This document shows positions 25,096 through 36,726 of a DNA stretch of 64,000 bases, piece by piece. The notes beneath the pieces were generated by a model that was given only the letters and a program-made list of their open reading frames with translations, did no database searches and was not told the origin of the DNA. The translations under genes were made by a program, and so were the position numbers. The first letter of the stretch is position 1. The number at the start of each line of letters is the position of its first letter. The DNA is taken from positions 2,542,001 to 2,606,000 of the forward strand of contig OZ374559.1 of assembly GCA_977862235.1 (NCBI GenBank). Reading direction: 5' to 3'. This DNA comes from Dudresnaya verticillata. Lineage: Eukaryota.

Positions 25096-28045
25096 TACAG
25101 CTTCCGCCCTCCGGGATGACCTGCTAATTTAGCATGATGTCGGAGATGGAGCAATCGAACGTGTAACGCGGATGGTACAACGACTTGGGGTCGGGCCTCG
25201 ACGGTCCGAACCAATAGTCCCTGTTCGTACGTTGCAAACGGTAGGTTGTCCCCGTCGTCTAGACGTTTCCGGATCTCGGAACAGTACTGGTCACTGCCCT
25301 GAGCATGTATCAACTCTTCATGCGTCAATTGACGGCGGAGCACTTCATCCGCCGGTGGCGCGTTTGTAACCAACATCTGGTCAAACTCCTCGAAGTCTCG
25401 TTCGGAAAAATCGACTTCGCCCTTGGCGTTTGACGTATCGCTTTCTGCGTGAGCGTAGCCGTCTTCTGACGAGTGATCCTCGTCTTTGACGCAACTTCCG
25501 TGGTAACACGGGATATCATCGTCGATTGGTTCGACAGTTTCGCCGTTCGTCTGTAGACGTGAGAGGGCATCTGCCTGAGTATTCAGGTATCCCTTTTTAT
25601 ACTTCACGACGAAGTCGAACTCAGAGAGGCGAAGACGCCATCTCATTAACCGTCCAGAGGGGTCACTGATTTCCATGAGCCACCTCAACGACGAATGGTC
25701 CGTATGGACTACGAAGGACTCCATCTGAAGGTACAGTCTCAATGTCGTGATCGAACAGACTACTGCTAGGCATTCCTTTTCGGATACCGAGTAGTTGCGC
25801 TCCGGAGCGGTTAACGAGCGTGACCAGAAGCCAACCGGCTTCCGTTCGCCGTCAGGCTGCGTCTGGAAGAGTGCGCAGCCAACTTGGTATTCGCTCGCGT
25901 CACAATCGACGTAGTACGGTAGTCCTTGCTGTGGCAACGCCAGGATGGGCGGGTGGGTCACCGCTTCGACAAGCGTGCTGAATGCCCGAGCTTGCTCCTC
26001 GGTGAGCGGTTGTAACCGGAAGTCTTGCTCTTTCCTCAACAATTTGTTGAGGGGAGCGCCGACGTGCGCGTATCGCGATACAAACCGTCTATTGACGTTG
26101 CACAATCCGTGAAAGCTCCGTAATTCCTTCTGGTCCCGCGGATGCTTGGCTTCGCATAACGCGGCTGTGACCGTACAGTCTACTTCCAATCGTCCCGGAC
26201 GTATCACATGGCCTAAATAGTTGACGGTCGGGGTGTCGCACTTGGTTAAATTCAATGTCACCCCGGCCCGATGCAAGGTCGAAAGGATCTCGTCAACATG
26301 ACGGAAGTGACTGTCAATATCGTTCGAGAAGATGATCACATCGTAGAGGTAGACGAGGCATGAGCGCCACTTGTAACCAGCAAGCAGGATATCGAGGGTC
26401 CGTTGAAACGTGGCCGGTGCGTTAGTAAGTCCGAAGGGCATACGCTTGTAGCGGAACAATCCGGCATGGCACGTGAACGCCGTCTTGTCGCGATCTCGCG
26501 GATTGATGGGCACCTGCCAGTAACCACTATTGCAGTCTAGGGTGGTGAAGGCGTTCGCTTCCCCTAGGCTGTCAATACATTCGTCGATTCGCGGGAGAGG
26601 GTACGTATCTCGTACCGTTACCGCGTTCAAGCGACAGTAGTCAAGGCAGAAGCGGAGTGTACCGTCCTTCTTGGGAGCAAAGACGACCGGCGACGCCCAT
26701 GGCGATTGTGCGGGTTCGATAACCCCCTGACGCAACATGCGATCCACCTCCGCTTGAGCGAGTTGCCTTTGCTTTGGGCCAGCGCGGTAAGGCGGGGATG
26801 AAATCGGCCTGGAGCCGGGGAGCAAGTCAATATAGTGCTCCGTGGTTGCGATTTCTCCTAATGAACCGTCCCACATCGACGCGTACCTGCGCAGAATCTC
26901 CTTAAGCCGTCCTTGATGTTCGGCTGAGAGATGACTCAGGTCCAACTCGTCCACTGACGGAGGTTTAGCTACAGTTGCTTCGATCGACTTAGCGAACGTA
27001 TCCGGCTGCGCCGTTACCCCATCGTTCGTTTGAAAACGGAAATCTTGATTCGCTTCCTCCTCCGCTGCATGTTCCTCGGTGATACCTAGGACATCGGCCA
27101 GACTTATGTGACTGGGGAACACTGCTGTGGGATGTGGCAACGCGGTAGCGACGGCTTGTCCTTTGACGAGCGCTTGCGGGCGCGGGGAGAAGTTTGCGAT
27201 GAGAATCCGGAACACTCTCAGCGGCTCTACTTGAGCGACTCCGTTAGTAACGGCCAAGGCTTGCCGATCATATCACGTGCCAAACGGTTGGATGGTAATG
27301 CCCTCTGCTCGCTCGGTCGTTACCGAGATCCACTTTTGCGCCTGCGGCGGGATGATCGTTCGTTCCGCAACGCGTATCTTGGGCGACGTTCGCCCTTCGG
27401 CCGTGCCGTACTATTGTTCCGTTGGCAACGGGGGTACGACGGGGGCCGGCGCAGCGAACGGCGCGTTATAGGGACACGGGTCCCGTCGTCCAGCTCAATC
27501 TCGCGACTCCGCGGATAAATCGCTTCGAAAAAGCGGTCGCAAAAGTCGCAGCAGAGTATAACCGGCGCAGCGAGCCGTTCACAGACGATCAACTCCAACT
27601 TGACAACCCTTCGTCCGAGACGTACGACTAAGTCGATAGTGCCCCGGGTCTGAATCGCCTTGTTCTTAGCGTCTGATATGACGGGGAGACTCTTGGATGC
27701 GATCCGTGATCGCGCTTCTAGCGGAATATCGTCAATACGGATGAAATTCGGATCAGCCCCCGTGTCGAGGACAGTGCGTTTACGTGCCAAGGTACCTACA
27801 GTTACGCCTAGATTGGCGTATAATTTGTAGTTCCTTTTGGTCATTACGAACAACTATCCCCGGGCTTGTGGGGGCTGGTACCTACGCCAGGGGCGCTTCA
27901 AGGATGTCTGTGACGAGTCTACCCGCCCATCGGCGTATTTGTTAACTACGTTCGGGCCCTCCTTCCGTGTCAGTACCCGAGGCGGAAGCCTCTCTGCTTG
28001 GTGCGACACCCCAGTGTGAGGAGTTGGTACCCTCATTAGTTTTTC
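25096..28045 (-). pseudogene. Gypsy-A pol 5' part: aspartic protease, RT, RNase H and integrase N-terminal HH
   Basis: Protease VLDTGA. RT motifs WASPVV, LRFCLDY, YPLPRID, RMPFGL and a mutated YLYD. RNase H DCDAS, NYSVSEKECLAV and TDHSSL. Integrase HHAKLAGHPG. One stop at 27854 and a frameshift near 27400. Confidence 0.92.
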
Positions 28046-30494
28046 GCCTGCGGCGGTTGTAGCGGCGCTGTGTAGTGATTGACCACCGTCGGATGACGTT
28101 CTGCTGCATGCGGCATAGGTCCGCCCCGTGGCGACGGTGGTCGTGCTGCACGGCGTGCTGCTTCGCGCGCAGCGCGTTCTTTGCACCGATTGTACGCATC
28201 GGCGGGCAACCCCGCCTTCTCGGCGTCTGTTAAACCTTCGTAGTTGGCGATCGCTTTCTTATACTCGCTCATGCGGAGGAAGCAGTGCGGTGCGATGTGG
28301 CCACGGGAATAACACTGATGACAGATCAACTGTCTGCGAGCGTCTTGACGGAGCGGACCCCTGTCTTGCCAACCTGGCCTCGCCCGATGGACGTGGGGGG
28401 CATAATCCGAGTACGGGACGCGTGGCGCGGGCACAACGGAACGCCCAAAGGCGAGTGTAGGATCCATTGCCTCTGTGTCCTCGTCTTCGACGTAGCTGTC
28501 CGTTGGTAACGCTGACGTTGGCACTGATGCTTGTTCATCGGCCAAATAGAGATCGCCATCGGCGTGTGTTTCCATATCGTCCGCATGACAGGTGACATCA
28601 CGGAACTCAACGGAGGACTCCGCTATCATAGCGCGTGCGGCAGGCTTCGTGCCCCTCGTCTGTTGACGTAGAACCGTTCCGTTGTCGCCAATGGCGGGGT
28701 GCAATGCGCGAGCGGCTTGGGCCGGGGCCATTATATCCCGTCTTACTGACGTCGAGCCGGCCCTGCCGTGTCTTGCACGTTGCGCGTCACCTTCGTCCTG
28801 CGCGAAGTGGACTAAACGTTCAAAAGATAACTCCGCCCTCGGCGTTTCTTCGCGGAAGCGGGCCGCTAAGGACCTGATCGTCGGGTCTAACCCATCGATG
28901 TACAGTGTCATCTTTTCCCATTCGGGATAAACGTTACCGCAACGAATACATGCGCCGGCGAGTCTCATGCCGTAAGTCGTTTCGTCTTCGCCCTGCTTCT
29001 GACTAGTCGATCGCAGGGCGAGGACAGCGTCTCGAATCGCCGAAAGCGTGGCGTACGTGCGGAGTAGGTAGTGCACCGCCTCCGGGTACGATGATACGCC
29101 GCCGCGGTGGCGAGAGGACGTCGATTTGACGGAGCGGAATTGCGTGGCTGCCGTGCCCCTTAAGAAGTACGGCAGCGCGACGAACGCTTGTGCTTCGCTC
29201 ATCTCTAGCGTGTCCGCTTCATCCGCGAACCGCGTTAAAATTCGAGGACCATGACGGGGTCGCTGCCGTTGCAGGCGGCGTCCTTCATCGCTAACTCGAG
29301 TCGCTTGATATGGTCTTTGACCTTCCCAGTTTCGCGTCCAGAGCGCTTCTGTCCCACGGCTTGGAGACGGTATATGCGGTACGATAGCAACTGGTCGAAG
29401 AGAGGATTGGAGGGGCTTAGCTCCTTCAGTCCCTTGTATCGCTTTCCGCGGGGTCGCATTGCACTGCCGTGAGCCACGTGGTCGTCATCGTCTGACGAAG
29501 CGTCTGTTGACCCGCCGTCACTAGACGTGTCTGAAGAGGATGAGGATGAGTCCCCTCGTCGGCGACGGTTCTTCTTCCGCCCATGACGCGACTTGCGGCG
29601 ATTCTTGCCCCGTCTCTTACGATCTTTGCGTCGTCGACGGTCTTCTTCGGAACTATCGTCATCGGACGGCGGCCCTTGGCGCCATTTGGCGGTTTCCAGT
29701 CGCTCTAAGCGGGTTGCTAATCGTTGAAAACGTTCGCGTGAACTCAGTTCCGACTGGGAATGGACCGTCAATGCCGTTGGCTGCTGAGCATCTACTCCAT
29801 GGTTGGGGTTCGTCATCAGACGGGCGAGGTCGGAACGGAGTCCTTGAAGGGCACCGTCCCGATCTTCTTCCAACGTCTGTAGACGGCTAAGGATACCTCC
29901 GACATTTTCGTCGAGCATCTCCGCGAATCGAGCGAGTAAGTTACCGTCTTCGGCGACGCATACTTCCCGAATCCGCTCGCGAGGTATCGTGAGATTCCCA
30001 ACGCGGGCGGATGCTGGGGACGCCACTGGCGGTGTGCGCGCGGGGGTCGACGCCTACGGCGGACCTCCCGTGCTGCGCGGTTGTGCTAACGGCCTCGCCA
30101 GTGAACATCCGGCACTGCCGTGGGGTGAGGGGCAGCAGCCCCTTGGGATTGGTGATTCTTCTACGACGTCGCGCCCCGCAGGGCGTTCTTGGTCGTCGTC
30201 GACGGGTAAGGTTGGTTGGTGGACCGGAACTTCCGGTTGTTTCTCGACGATGTCGGGTTGGGCTCCGTCCTCGAAGGGTCGCTGTTCGGCTTGTACCGTG
30301 TCAGCGGAATCCACGTGCGAGTGGTAGGTTCGGAGGGCCGATTCGATGGGAACGGTGGTGCGGATGACGACGGGTATCGGCGGGGGAGGTACTTCTCCCC
30401 TGTTGAGCGATATACGGGAGTGATCGTGGCCTGGACCGGTCGGGAAGGCCGATGCGATCTCGGGGCTCACGAGGCGCCCAGACCTCGTTGTCAT
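28036..30494 (-). pseudogene. Gypsy-A gag, frameshifted
   Basis: ORFs 30054-30494, 29235-30026 and 28036-29202. Zinc knuckle CHQCYSRGHIAPHC. LLSYRIYRL and GSDPV motifs shared with Gypsy-B gag. Confidence 0.85.
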
Positions 30495-30697
30495 CCGCTG
30501 TAGCGACCGCTCCGACGCGGGGACACTCCCCGGCGTCGATGACGGTCTTCTTGAACTGGGGCCTCACGACGGCGGCGGTCGTGAGGCCATAATGCAGTCG
30601 TAGAGTTGCTTGAACGTTGTGGACGATTAGCGACGGACATCTAGAGACGGAAAGTTGGACGTCGCACGACGGAGTAACTCATTGAAACGTAGCACAC

Positions 30698-30715
30698 TTC
30701 TAGGTCGGGAGACCA
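30698..30715 (-). other. Primer-binding site of Gypsy-A (TGGTCTCCCGACCTAGAA)
   Basis: Lies 2 nt inside the 5' LTR, starts with TGG, and is identical to the first 18 nt of the Gypsy-B PBS. Confidence 0.85.
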
Positions 30716-30717
30716 GT

Positions 30718-31629
30718 TGTAGTGCAAACGTTGTTGACGGAACATCGCCGAGCAGTTCGGGGCTCGCTGGGTACCGACGCCCGTGGCGGTGAGCAACCTC
30801 GCCTTGGGCGACTTGTGGTAGAGCAGTTGAATCGCCTTGGGCGGACTGTAAACGCCCGAGGCGGAAAGGAAGAACAAAAGAGAACAGAAATGGAACACGT
30901 CAAGGACGGGTAGAGACGTGGAAGCACGGGAGGTAGACGCTTAGCCGTAGGCAGCGGTAGGGTACGCGCGTGCTGAACGGGGACGTCTGGACCAAGGCCG
31001 GCTTGCCGGGGTTTACTGTGACGTCTGAGACGGATCAACTAAGTATAGAATTACCTAGCGGCGGCGACGCGGGTGTACGCGTCACGCGGGAACTTGGGAC
31101 ACGTGTTGTCCCGAGGCGCGTCTGACAGATCCGTCCGTCATGCAGCCGCGCTCCTGACAGATCACGCGTAGCTTCCCCGCTCGAGTCCTTACACCTACAC
31201 GTGGATTACTTCCTTACAGCCGCATGCGCCCCATGGCGCCTGCGATCTCGATCCGCACCAATCCCGATCCAGTCCGGATTCGGGCCAGCCATGCGGATGC
31301 GCCAGGCTTACAGGCGCGTGCCCTACACCCCTTAGTCCCGATGTCTGATCCCGATGTGGGATCCCGATTGGATCCGGATTCGGGCCACGCTTACAGCGAA
31401 CGTTCCCGCCACTGCGCCACGCGCATACGCGTGGCGCCGTACAGTGTCCGGGTTCAGGCGTGCGGTCTGCACGCCAAGCGAGCCGTTCTGGCCCAAGTGG
31501 CCAGCGGCATGCGTCGGTGACGTGTTTGCGCGGCGGGCGGGTTAAGCGCGCCGTTGGCGGTCGTCCGTCGGTAGACGCTGCATATCAACCCGCTTGAAAG
31601 CGAAAACGGGGGATCCCCCTGGCACTACA
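30718..31629 (-). repeat. 5' LTR of Gypsy-A (912 bp)
   Basis: Termini TGTAGTGC...GCACTACA form an 8-bp inverted repeat next to the PBS. Partner LTR not in the window, so the outer boundary rests on the terminal repeat alone. Confidence 0.75.
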
Positions 31630-32827
31630 GTTCCGCCCCATTGGAGTCTTCATGAAACGGACCGCCACCTCTGTCGCCTGGCGGAGGGTTTCTAGGTGAG
31701 AAATGTACGTCACAACGCTTGTAGGCGAGGCGGAGTTCGTAGCACTTCTGAAGTGCTTCCTAGAGATCTTCGTCTGGCCAGATCGTGGAAATGACACGTT
31801 TAAAGTGGCGGTTGCTGGTTCAATAGTTCTGGACAATACCAACGTCGTGAGCCTTCAAAAAGTTGAAGAGACGCTTGAAGATCTCATAGTTGGCCACTAT
31901 CTCCGAGCCACTTGTGGGAGAAATATGTCTTCGCGGATTTGCGTCAGGAGGTCTTCACCCTTCAAAGGCTCCTCGACCTGGTCGTATCCATTGAATGTGT
32001 TTATTAACGCCACTTGTTCAATGCCATTAAGCGCCAGGCCCCGCCAGACATTTTGCTGTGTGTTTCTGGGTGCGTGTCTGCTTGTTCCGTCTGTCATCTT
32101 GATGATGGTCTTGTAATGCGCGTTGAGAAATTTGATTTAGGAATGAGCAAAAAGCGGCTGGGTACAATAAACACTTAGAGTGAAAGTAGGCGGTGCGGTG
32201 GACAGCGCTGTCTTTCTCTCTTAGTACTGATCGGAGTAAACTTATCCCTTGGAGTATCGTTTAGCTCCACTTGGTCTGTTACTTAAATCATGATTGTTGT
32301 AACAGTACACAAGGTTTGTGTACTCGCCAGCGAAGGAGAAGGGGTTGGCTCTTCACGACGGCCCCAGAGAGCCACCATGTGCCGAAGTTGGCAGCGAGCC
32401 ATCCTTGAGAACACCAAATAAGCTCTTGCAGCTGGTACTTTACGTTTGTTCTCTCTGAATGTTCTGACCCCGAGAGTAGAGACCTTCTCCAAGTTCCCGC
32501 TCCTACTGTAGTATCTATTTCTAACCACGACCCTTCCCGCCGCGCTTGTTCAACCTAGCAAGCGCGGTGTTCACGACCTTTCGAGGCCTCGCTCCTTACC
32601 ACACTTGCCACGTGTAGTTCAATATTCACATTCCTGTACCTGCCATGCGGTGTGATTTCTGTGCCTGCTTTGACACTTTCTGTCACGCGAGAACAGTCTT
32701 TTCATTTCCAGGATGATATTCGACGATTGGACTTGGTGTTGGATGATCCTGCTTTTTCTGATTCATGCATTGGTTATAACCTTACTATTGTTGCTCCCTT
32801 TACTGCTCGCGCTGTGTCCAAGGCATC

Positions 32828-33628
32828 TGTGGCAGTATGGACGCTGTCAGCAGAAGGGCTTACATGAGCGCCTTCCTTTTCGCGGGACAGGCTGTCCCTT
32901 AATCAGGACAGCTGTCCTTTCATCGCTGTACACGTGGATGACACGTGGAATACGCGTGTGTACACGTGGACTTACAACTGTACACGTGGCGTACACGTGG
33001 CATTGTAATGACGCCAGTTGGACACCCCGTATTGGCTGATTTATGACGCGCCGCTGCGCTCCTACTCACGGATGAGGAGCACCTCTGCGCTCAGGTTATC
33101 GACAGTGCAGCCGGGACCTCGGCTTGCGCACCGGCGCATCCGCCGCCAAGTCCCCTAACTGGAATGCATTCCCACTTTTGACTTGTAAAGACATTACTAA
33201 CCTTTGTATCTATAATCACAGACTAACTTAGACCCCCTTTCGGGCTGATAGACTTTTCGGCTGTCAAGCCCTACTTATGGGGCCCGGAATAGCCGGCGCC
33301 CTCAGAATAAACACTCAGCGGAGTTGTTCGGGAAGTTTCCACCTTTTGGTCGCTCGGACGCTCCGCGCCTGCAGGGGTCGCCCAGTACAGGCCCGGACAT
33401 CGTACGACCAGTACTCTACGAAACACCGGGTCGCAACCTCTATACTTTCCTTCAGTCGGTCGCGCCGAGTCTTTACCGTGCTTCCGCACCCCCCCTTTCG
33501 GGTCATCAGGGCCCGCCTTTTCCAAGCCTCTACCAATCCTCCCTCGAGCTACCACCAATTAGCGTGTGACGACGGACAGCTGTCTTTTCTTGTTCTTTGC
33601 TGTTTCTGGCCGCTGCCATACTGCTACA
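32828..33628 (+). repeat. 5' LTR of Gypsy-B
   Basis: TGTGGCAGTATGG...CCATACTGCTACA termini. Direct repeat of 44767-45567, with three substitutions seen by eye. Confidence 0.97.
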
Positions 33629-33629
33629 G

Positions 33630-33650
33630 TGGTCTCCCGACCTAGAATCG
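33630..33650 (+). other. Primer-binding site of Gypsy-B, probably for tRNA-Tyr
   Basis: The reverse complement CGATTCTAGGTCGGGAGACCA looks like a tRNA 3' end (T-loop CGATT, T-stem, acceptor strand, A73, CCA). G72/A73 fits eukaryotic tRNA-Tyr (inference). Confidence 0.8.
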
Positions 33651-33927
33651 TTTCCTAGGTCGGTTCCCTTCCATTGTTGCTACAATCTTTTCGACATTTT
33701 CTGGTTACAACCACTTCAACCACGGGACGATTCCCAAAAGAAGCGTCAAGTTCAAGACGGAAAAACAAGAGAAGTACGGATTGCCCGGTGAAAGCCTGGG
33801 GAAAACTGTCCCCCGCCCTCATCGGCACTTCCGAAAGCTACGGCTCGTTCAGCTGTCCGTCCGGAAGGGTATACTCCCACGGGCAGCTATCAAACCGACA
33901 ACGGGCGAGTAAGTGTACTCAGGCGCC

Positions 33928-36726
33928 ATGCCTACATCAAATGGCGAAACCACGCGACCTGGCCTCACCGGCCGTCGCACAACCAGCCGGACGGCGAGCT
34001 TATCTTCCGTCCGGCTGACCGGGGTGACCACCCGTGCAACTACGGCAGCAACCGCCTTAGTTCGCAGCCCCTCAGCGGGTACCCTGGGACGTCCTCCCCG
34101 TGACCAAGCGGGAAGCGTCCCTGAAGAAATGGAGTTATCGGCTCGGATAGCTCAAGAAGAATTGCCCGGCTCCGGCGGAGACCGGGCCTTGAACGAAGAA
34201 GAACGGGTTGCAACCCTTACCCCTCGAGTTGGAGCGAGTACGAAAGTCTCGAGTGAAAGTATGGATCGCAATCCCAGAACGCGTGACGCTACGGGCATGT
34301 TGCCACCATCGGTAAACACCCTTGGGTTCACTCCGACCGAGTCAAGCCTTCCCCCGGACATTGGGATGCCTATCCGGACGAAGGCCAATTCTTCCGACGA
34401 ACGGTGCTTCACAGAGCGAGAGATCGGAAGGATGATCCAAGATGGCATAGAACGGACAGTCGGTCCCGAGCTGGCAGCAGCTTTAGAAGTCCAGGTGGAC
34501 GAGCCACTCTCGAGAATCAAAAGATATATCGATGAGTCGGCCGTTCGCCAGAATGGAGAAGTACTGACCAGATTTCAAGAGGAGATAACATCCCGAATCC
34601 GTCTTGGGAACCCCGGCATCCCGCAAGAGGAAGGACTCGCGACGCTTCGCGTTCGAGTTAATTTGCTGGTCGAGCGTGTCGAGGAAGTCCACGACACAAT
34701 GGGAACGCTTTCCCGAGAAGTTGACCAGTCGAGGAACGACGCCCTTGTGGCACTAAGAGGCGTTGATCATAACGCAGACGGCGCACGATGCGCCGATCAG
34801 AATCAAGCCATCGAGCTCCTCCGTAAGGAAATCGATGAAGAAAGGCGAAGAGTCGCGACGTTGGATGCTCGCGTCAGGCGACTGATGCGTGAACGGGATG
34901 AATCCCCTGAAATCCAGAGACGTCGGTCCCCTGTTCCGCGAGGGACACGCGACCGACGTCGACTCTCGCCGCATCGGGATGGAAGAAGGGGTGACGACCC
35001 GTACCATCGCGAGGAGAGGTATCCTCCTAGACAGCCGGACACTCACAGTCAGTGCCCCTGCAGTACCAGACATGGCGATAACCCATGTATGGGACGAAGT
35101 CGAAGTGGATACCGGGACGGCTCCCCGTCACGAGATTATCGGTCGCGACCCGCAACGCCGCAGGGCCGACAAGTGGACAGCCAGCAACGGCAGTCTTCAC
35201 ATCGTGACGCCGAGCCGGAGGGTACATACGGAGCGGACTCCCGAAGCCTACCAAGGTCTTCTTGGATAGGACCACGCCGGTCAGGCCTCAAGGAGTTGGT
35301 ACCACGGAACCCAGCGTTCGCTAACGTCCTTTCGTATCGACGATACCGGTTGTTAAACCTTGACCCGTATAGGGGACCCGAGGTAACGGAATCGACGTCC
35401 CGAAAGATTAAGCGAGTCAAGTCCGTGATGCGTAGTCGACGCTTCGATGGTAGTGACCCGGTATCGATAATCGGCTTCCTAGCCACGCTGAAGTGTCAAT
35501 TAGACCAAGCGCATGTCAGCGAGGGAGCCGCGATCCTTGTGATACCGGAGTTTCTCGAGAAGGACGCCAAAGATCTCTTCGAGGCAAACTTCGACGTCGC
35601 GGGCGACGATAATGGGGGATTCGCCGAATGGCCGGAGGCAGTGAACTACTTACTGCGAAGCTTCGCGAAGGACGTGTACATCGAACGCATAGCTGCCGAG
35701 ATGGACCGCATGTCCCAGGAGCCCGATGAGGATGAGGTATCCTTCTCAAGGAGGCTCCAGAATAACGCGCGAAGGGTCGCCGGAGTGTACTCGGAGCAGG
35801 ACCTCATCACACGGTTCATCCGAGGGTTGCTACCCGCAGTCAAGCCATTGCTGAGTACCACCTCACTGGACCCGGCAACGGCCCGACTCGCGGACTACGT
35901 GGAGCTAGCTACCGCCCAAGGTGATTCCCACCGCGCGCTCGTCGGAGCCAGTCGAAGGAAGGAGAAGTCCTCCGGGCTGCTGCCCCGTAAGAAATTGGCA
36001 ACCCGTGCCGCCCCTGGCAAGTCGAGCAGAACTCTGCTGGTTCGACAAGGGCAACCGGTCTCCCGGGTAACATCACACTCCTATTCGGATAATGACTCTT
36101 CGAGTAGTGACTCAGATGCCAACGGGAAGGCAGTTGCCGCATTCGAACGCGACGCAGGGCCGTCCTCGGTGTCACCGACAGATACATGGTCCGGAGAGCC
36201 TAGTGAGGGCAGAAGCCGTTATGACGCAGTTCAAGCGGTTCTGTCTAACCAAAATCCAAGGCTCCCCGCATGGGCACAACCATCCAAGGCACAACGCCCC
36301 GGATGGGTAACAGTCGATGATCTCCCGAACGATATTTGCTTTGAGTGCTTTGGTGTGGGCCATAAGAAGCCCAACTGCCCTCATTTAGGTCGTACGGACG
36401 ATTTGGAATTTGCTACGCTGATGCGCCAGAATTACTATGCGCTGTCGCGGCAACAAAAAGACTGGCTCGCCGTCGTAGGCCGTCTCCCGAATTTCGCCAA
36501 GAAATCTCCTCCTCCAACCTGGACAGGGCCAGACAACACCGGAAGGCCGGGAAATCAATTCCATCCAAATCGCCAAGTGAATTTCAAGGCGGGATTGAAC
36601 CACCCGATCGACAGGCCGCGGCCTCACTCTCCGAGATCACCTCGCATGGGCGGACGCCCTTTTCCGCCACCACCCCCTTTACCACAATCCCCGGCTAGCA
36701 AGCCCGGCCCACAGCCGAAAAACTAG
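33928..36726 (+). CDS. gag: Gypsy-B Gag (~932 aa)
   Basis: Intact ORF with a coiled coil, a capsid-like region and the zinc knuckle CFECFGVGHKKPNC. Confidence 0.9.
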   Translation: MPTSNGETTRPGLTGRRTTSRTASLSSVRLTGVTTRATTAATALVRSPSAGTLGRPPRDQAGSVPEEMELSARIAQEELPGSGGDRALNEEERVATLTPRVGASTKVSSESMDRNPRTRDATGMLPPSVNTLGFTPTESSLPPDIGMPIRTKANSSDERCFTEREIGRMIQDGIERTVGPELAAALEVQVDEPLSRIKRYIDESAVRQNGEVLTRFQEEITSRIRLGNPGIPQEEGLATLRVRVNLLVERVEEVHDTMGTLSREVDQSRNDALVALRGVDHNADGARCADQNQAIELLRKEIDEERRRVATLDARVRRLMRERDESPEIQRRRSPVPRGTRDRRRLSPHRDGRRGDDPYHREERYPPRQPDTHSQCPCSTRHGDNPCMGRSRSGYRDGSPSRDYRSRPATPQGRQVDSQQRQSSHRDAEPEGTYGADSRSLPRSSWIGPRRSGLKELVPRNPAFANVLSYRRYRLLNLDPYRGPEVTESTSRKIKRVKSVMRSRRFDGSDPVSIIGFLATLKCQLDQAHVSEGAAILVIPEFLEKDAKDLFEANFDVAGDDNGGFAEWPEAVNYLLRSFAKDVYIERIAAEMDRMSQEPDEDEVSFSRRLQNNARRVAGVYSEQDLITRFIRGLLPAVKPLLSTTSLDPATARLADYVELATAQGDSHRALVGASRRKEKSSGLLPRKKLATRAAPGKSSRTLLVRQGQPVSRVTSHSYSDNDSSSSDSDANGKAVAAFERDAGPSSVSPTDTWSGEPSEGRSRYDAVQAVLSNQNPRLPAWAQPSKAQRPGWVTVDDLPNDICFECFGVGHKKPNCPHLGRTDDLEFATLMRQNYYALSRQQKDWLAVVGRLPNFAKKSPPPTWTGPDNTGRPGNQFHPNRQVNFKAGLNHPIDRPRPHSPRSPRMGGRPFPPPPPLPQSPASKPGPQPKN

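Larger units (their letters stand above)
1..31629 (-). mobile_element. Ty3/Gypsy LTR retrotransposon 'Gypsy-A' (chromodomain integrase), degenerate, interrupted by a 19.3-kb CACTA insertion; 3' LTR lies outside the window
   Basis: On the minus strand the order is LTR (30718-31629), PBS, gag, protease, RT, RNase H, integrase N-terminus, [CACTA], integrase core and chromodomain, then an antisense ORF. PR-RT-RH-INT is the Gypsy domain order. Confidence 0.92.

Noticed and set aside
31630..32100. Possible truncated minus-strand gene next to the Gypsy-A LTR
   Set aside because: Short broken ORFs with no recognisable motif.
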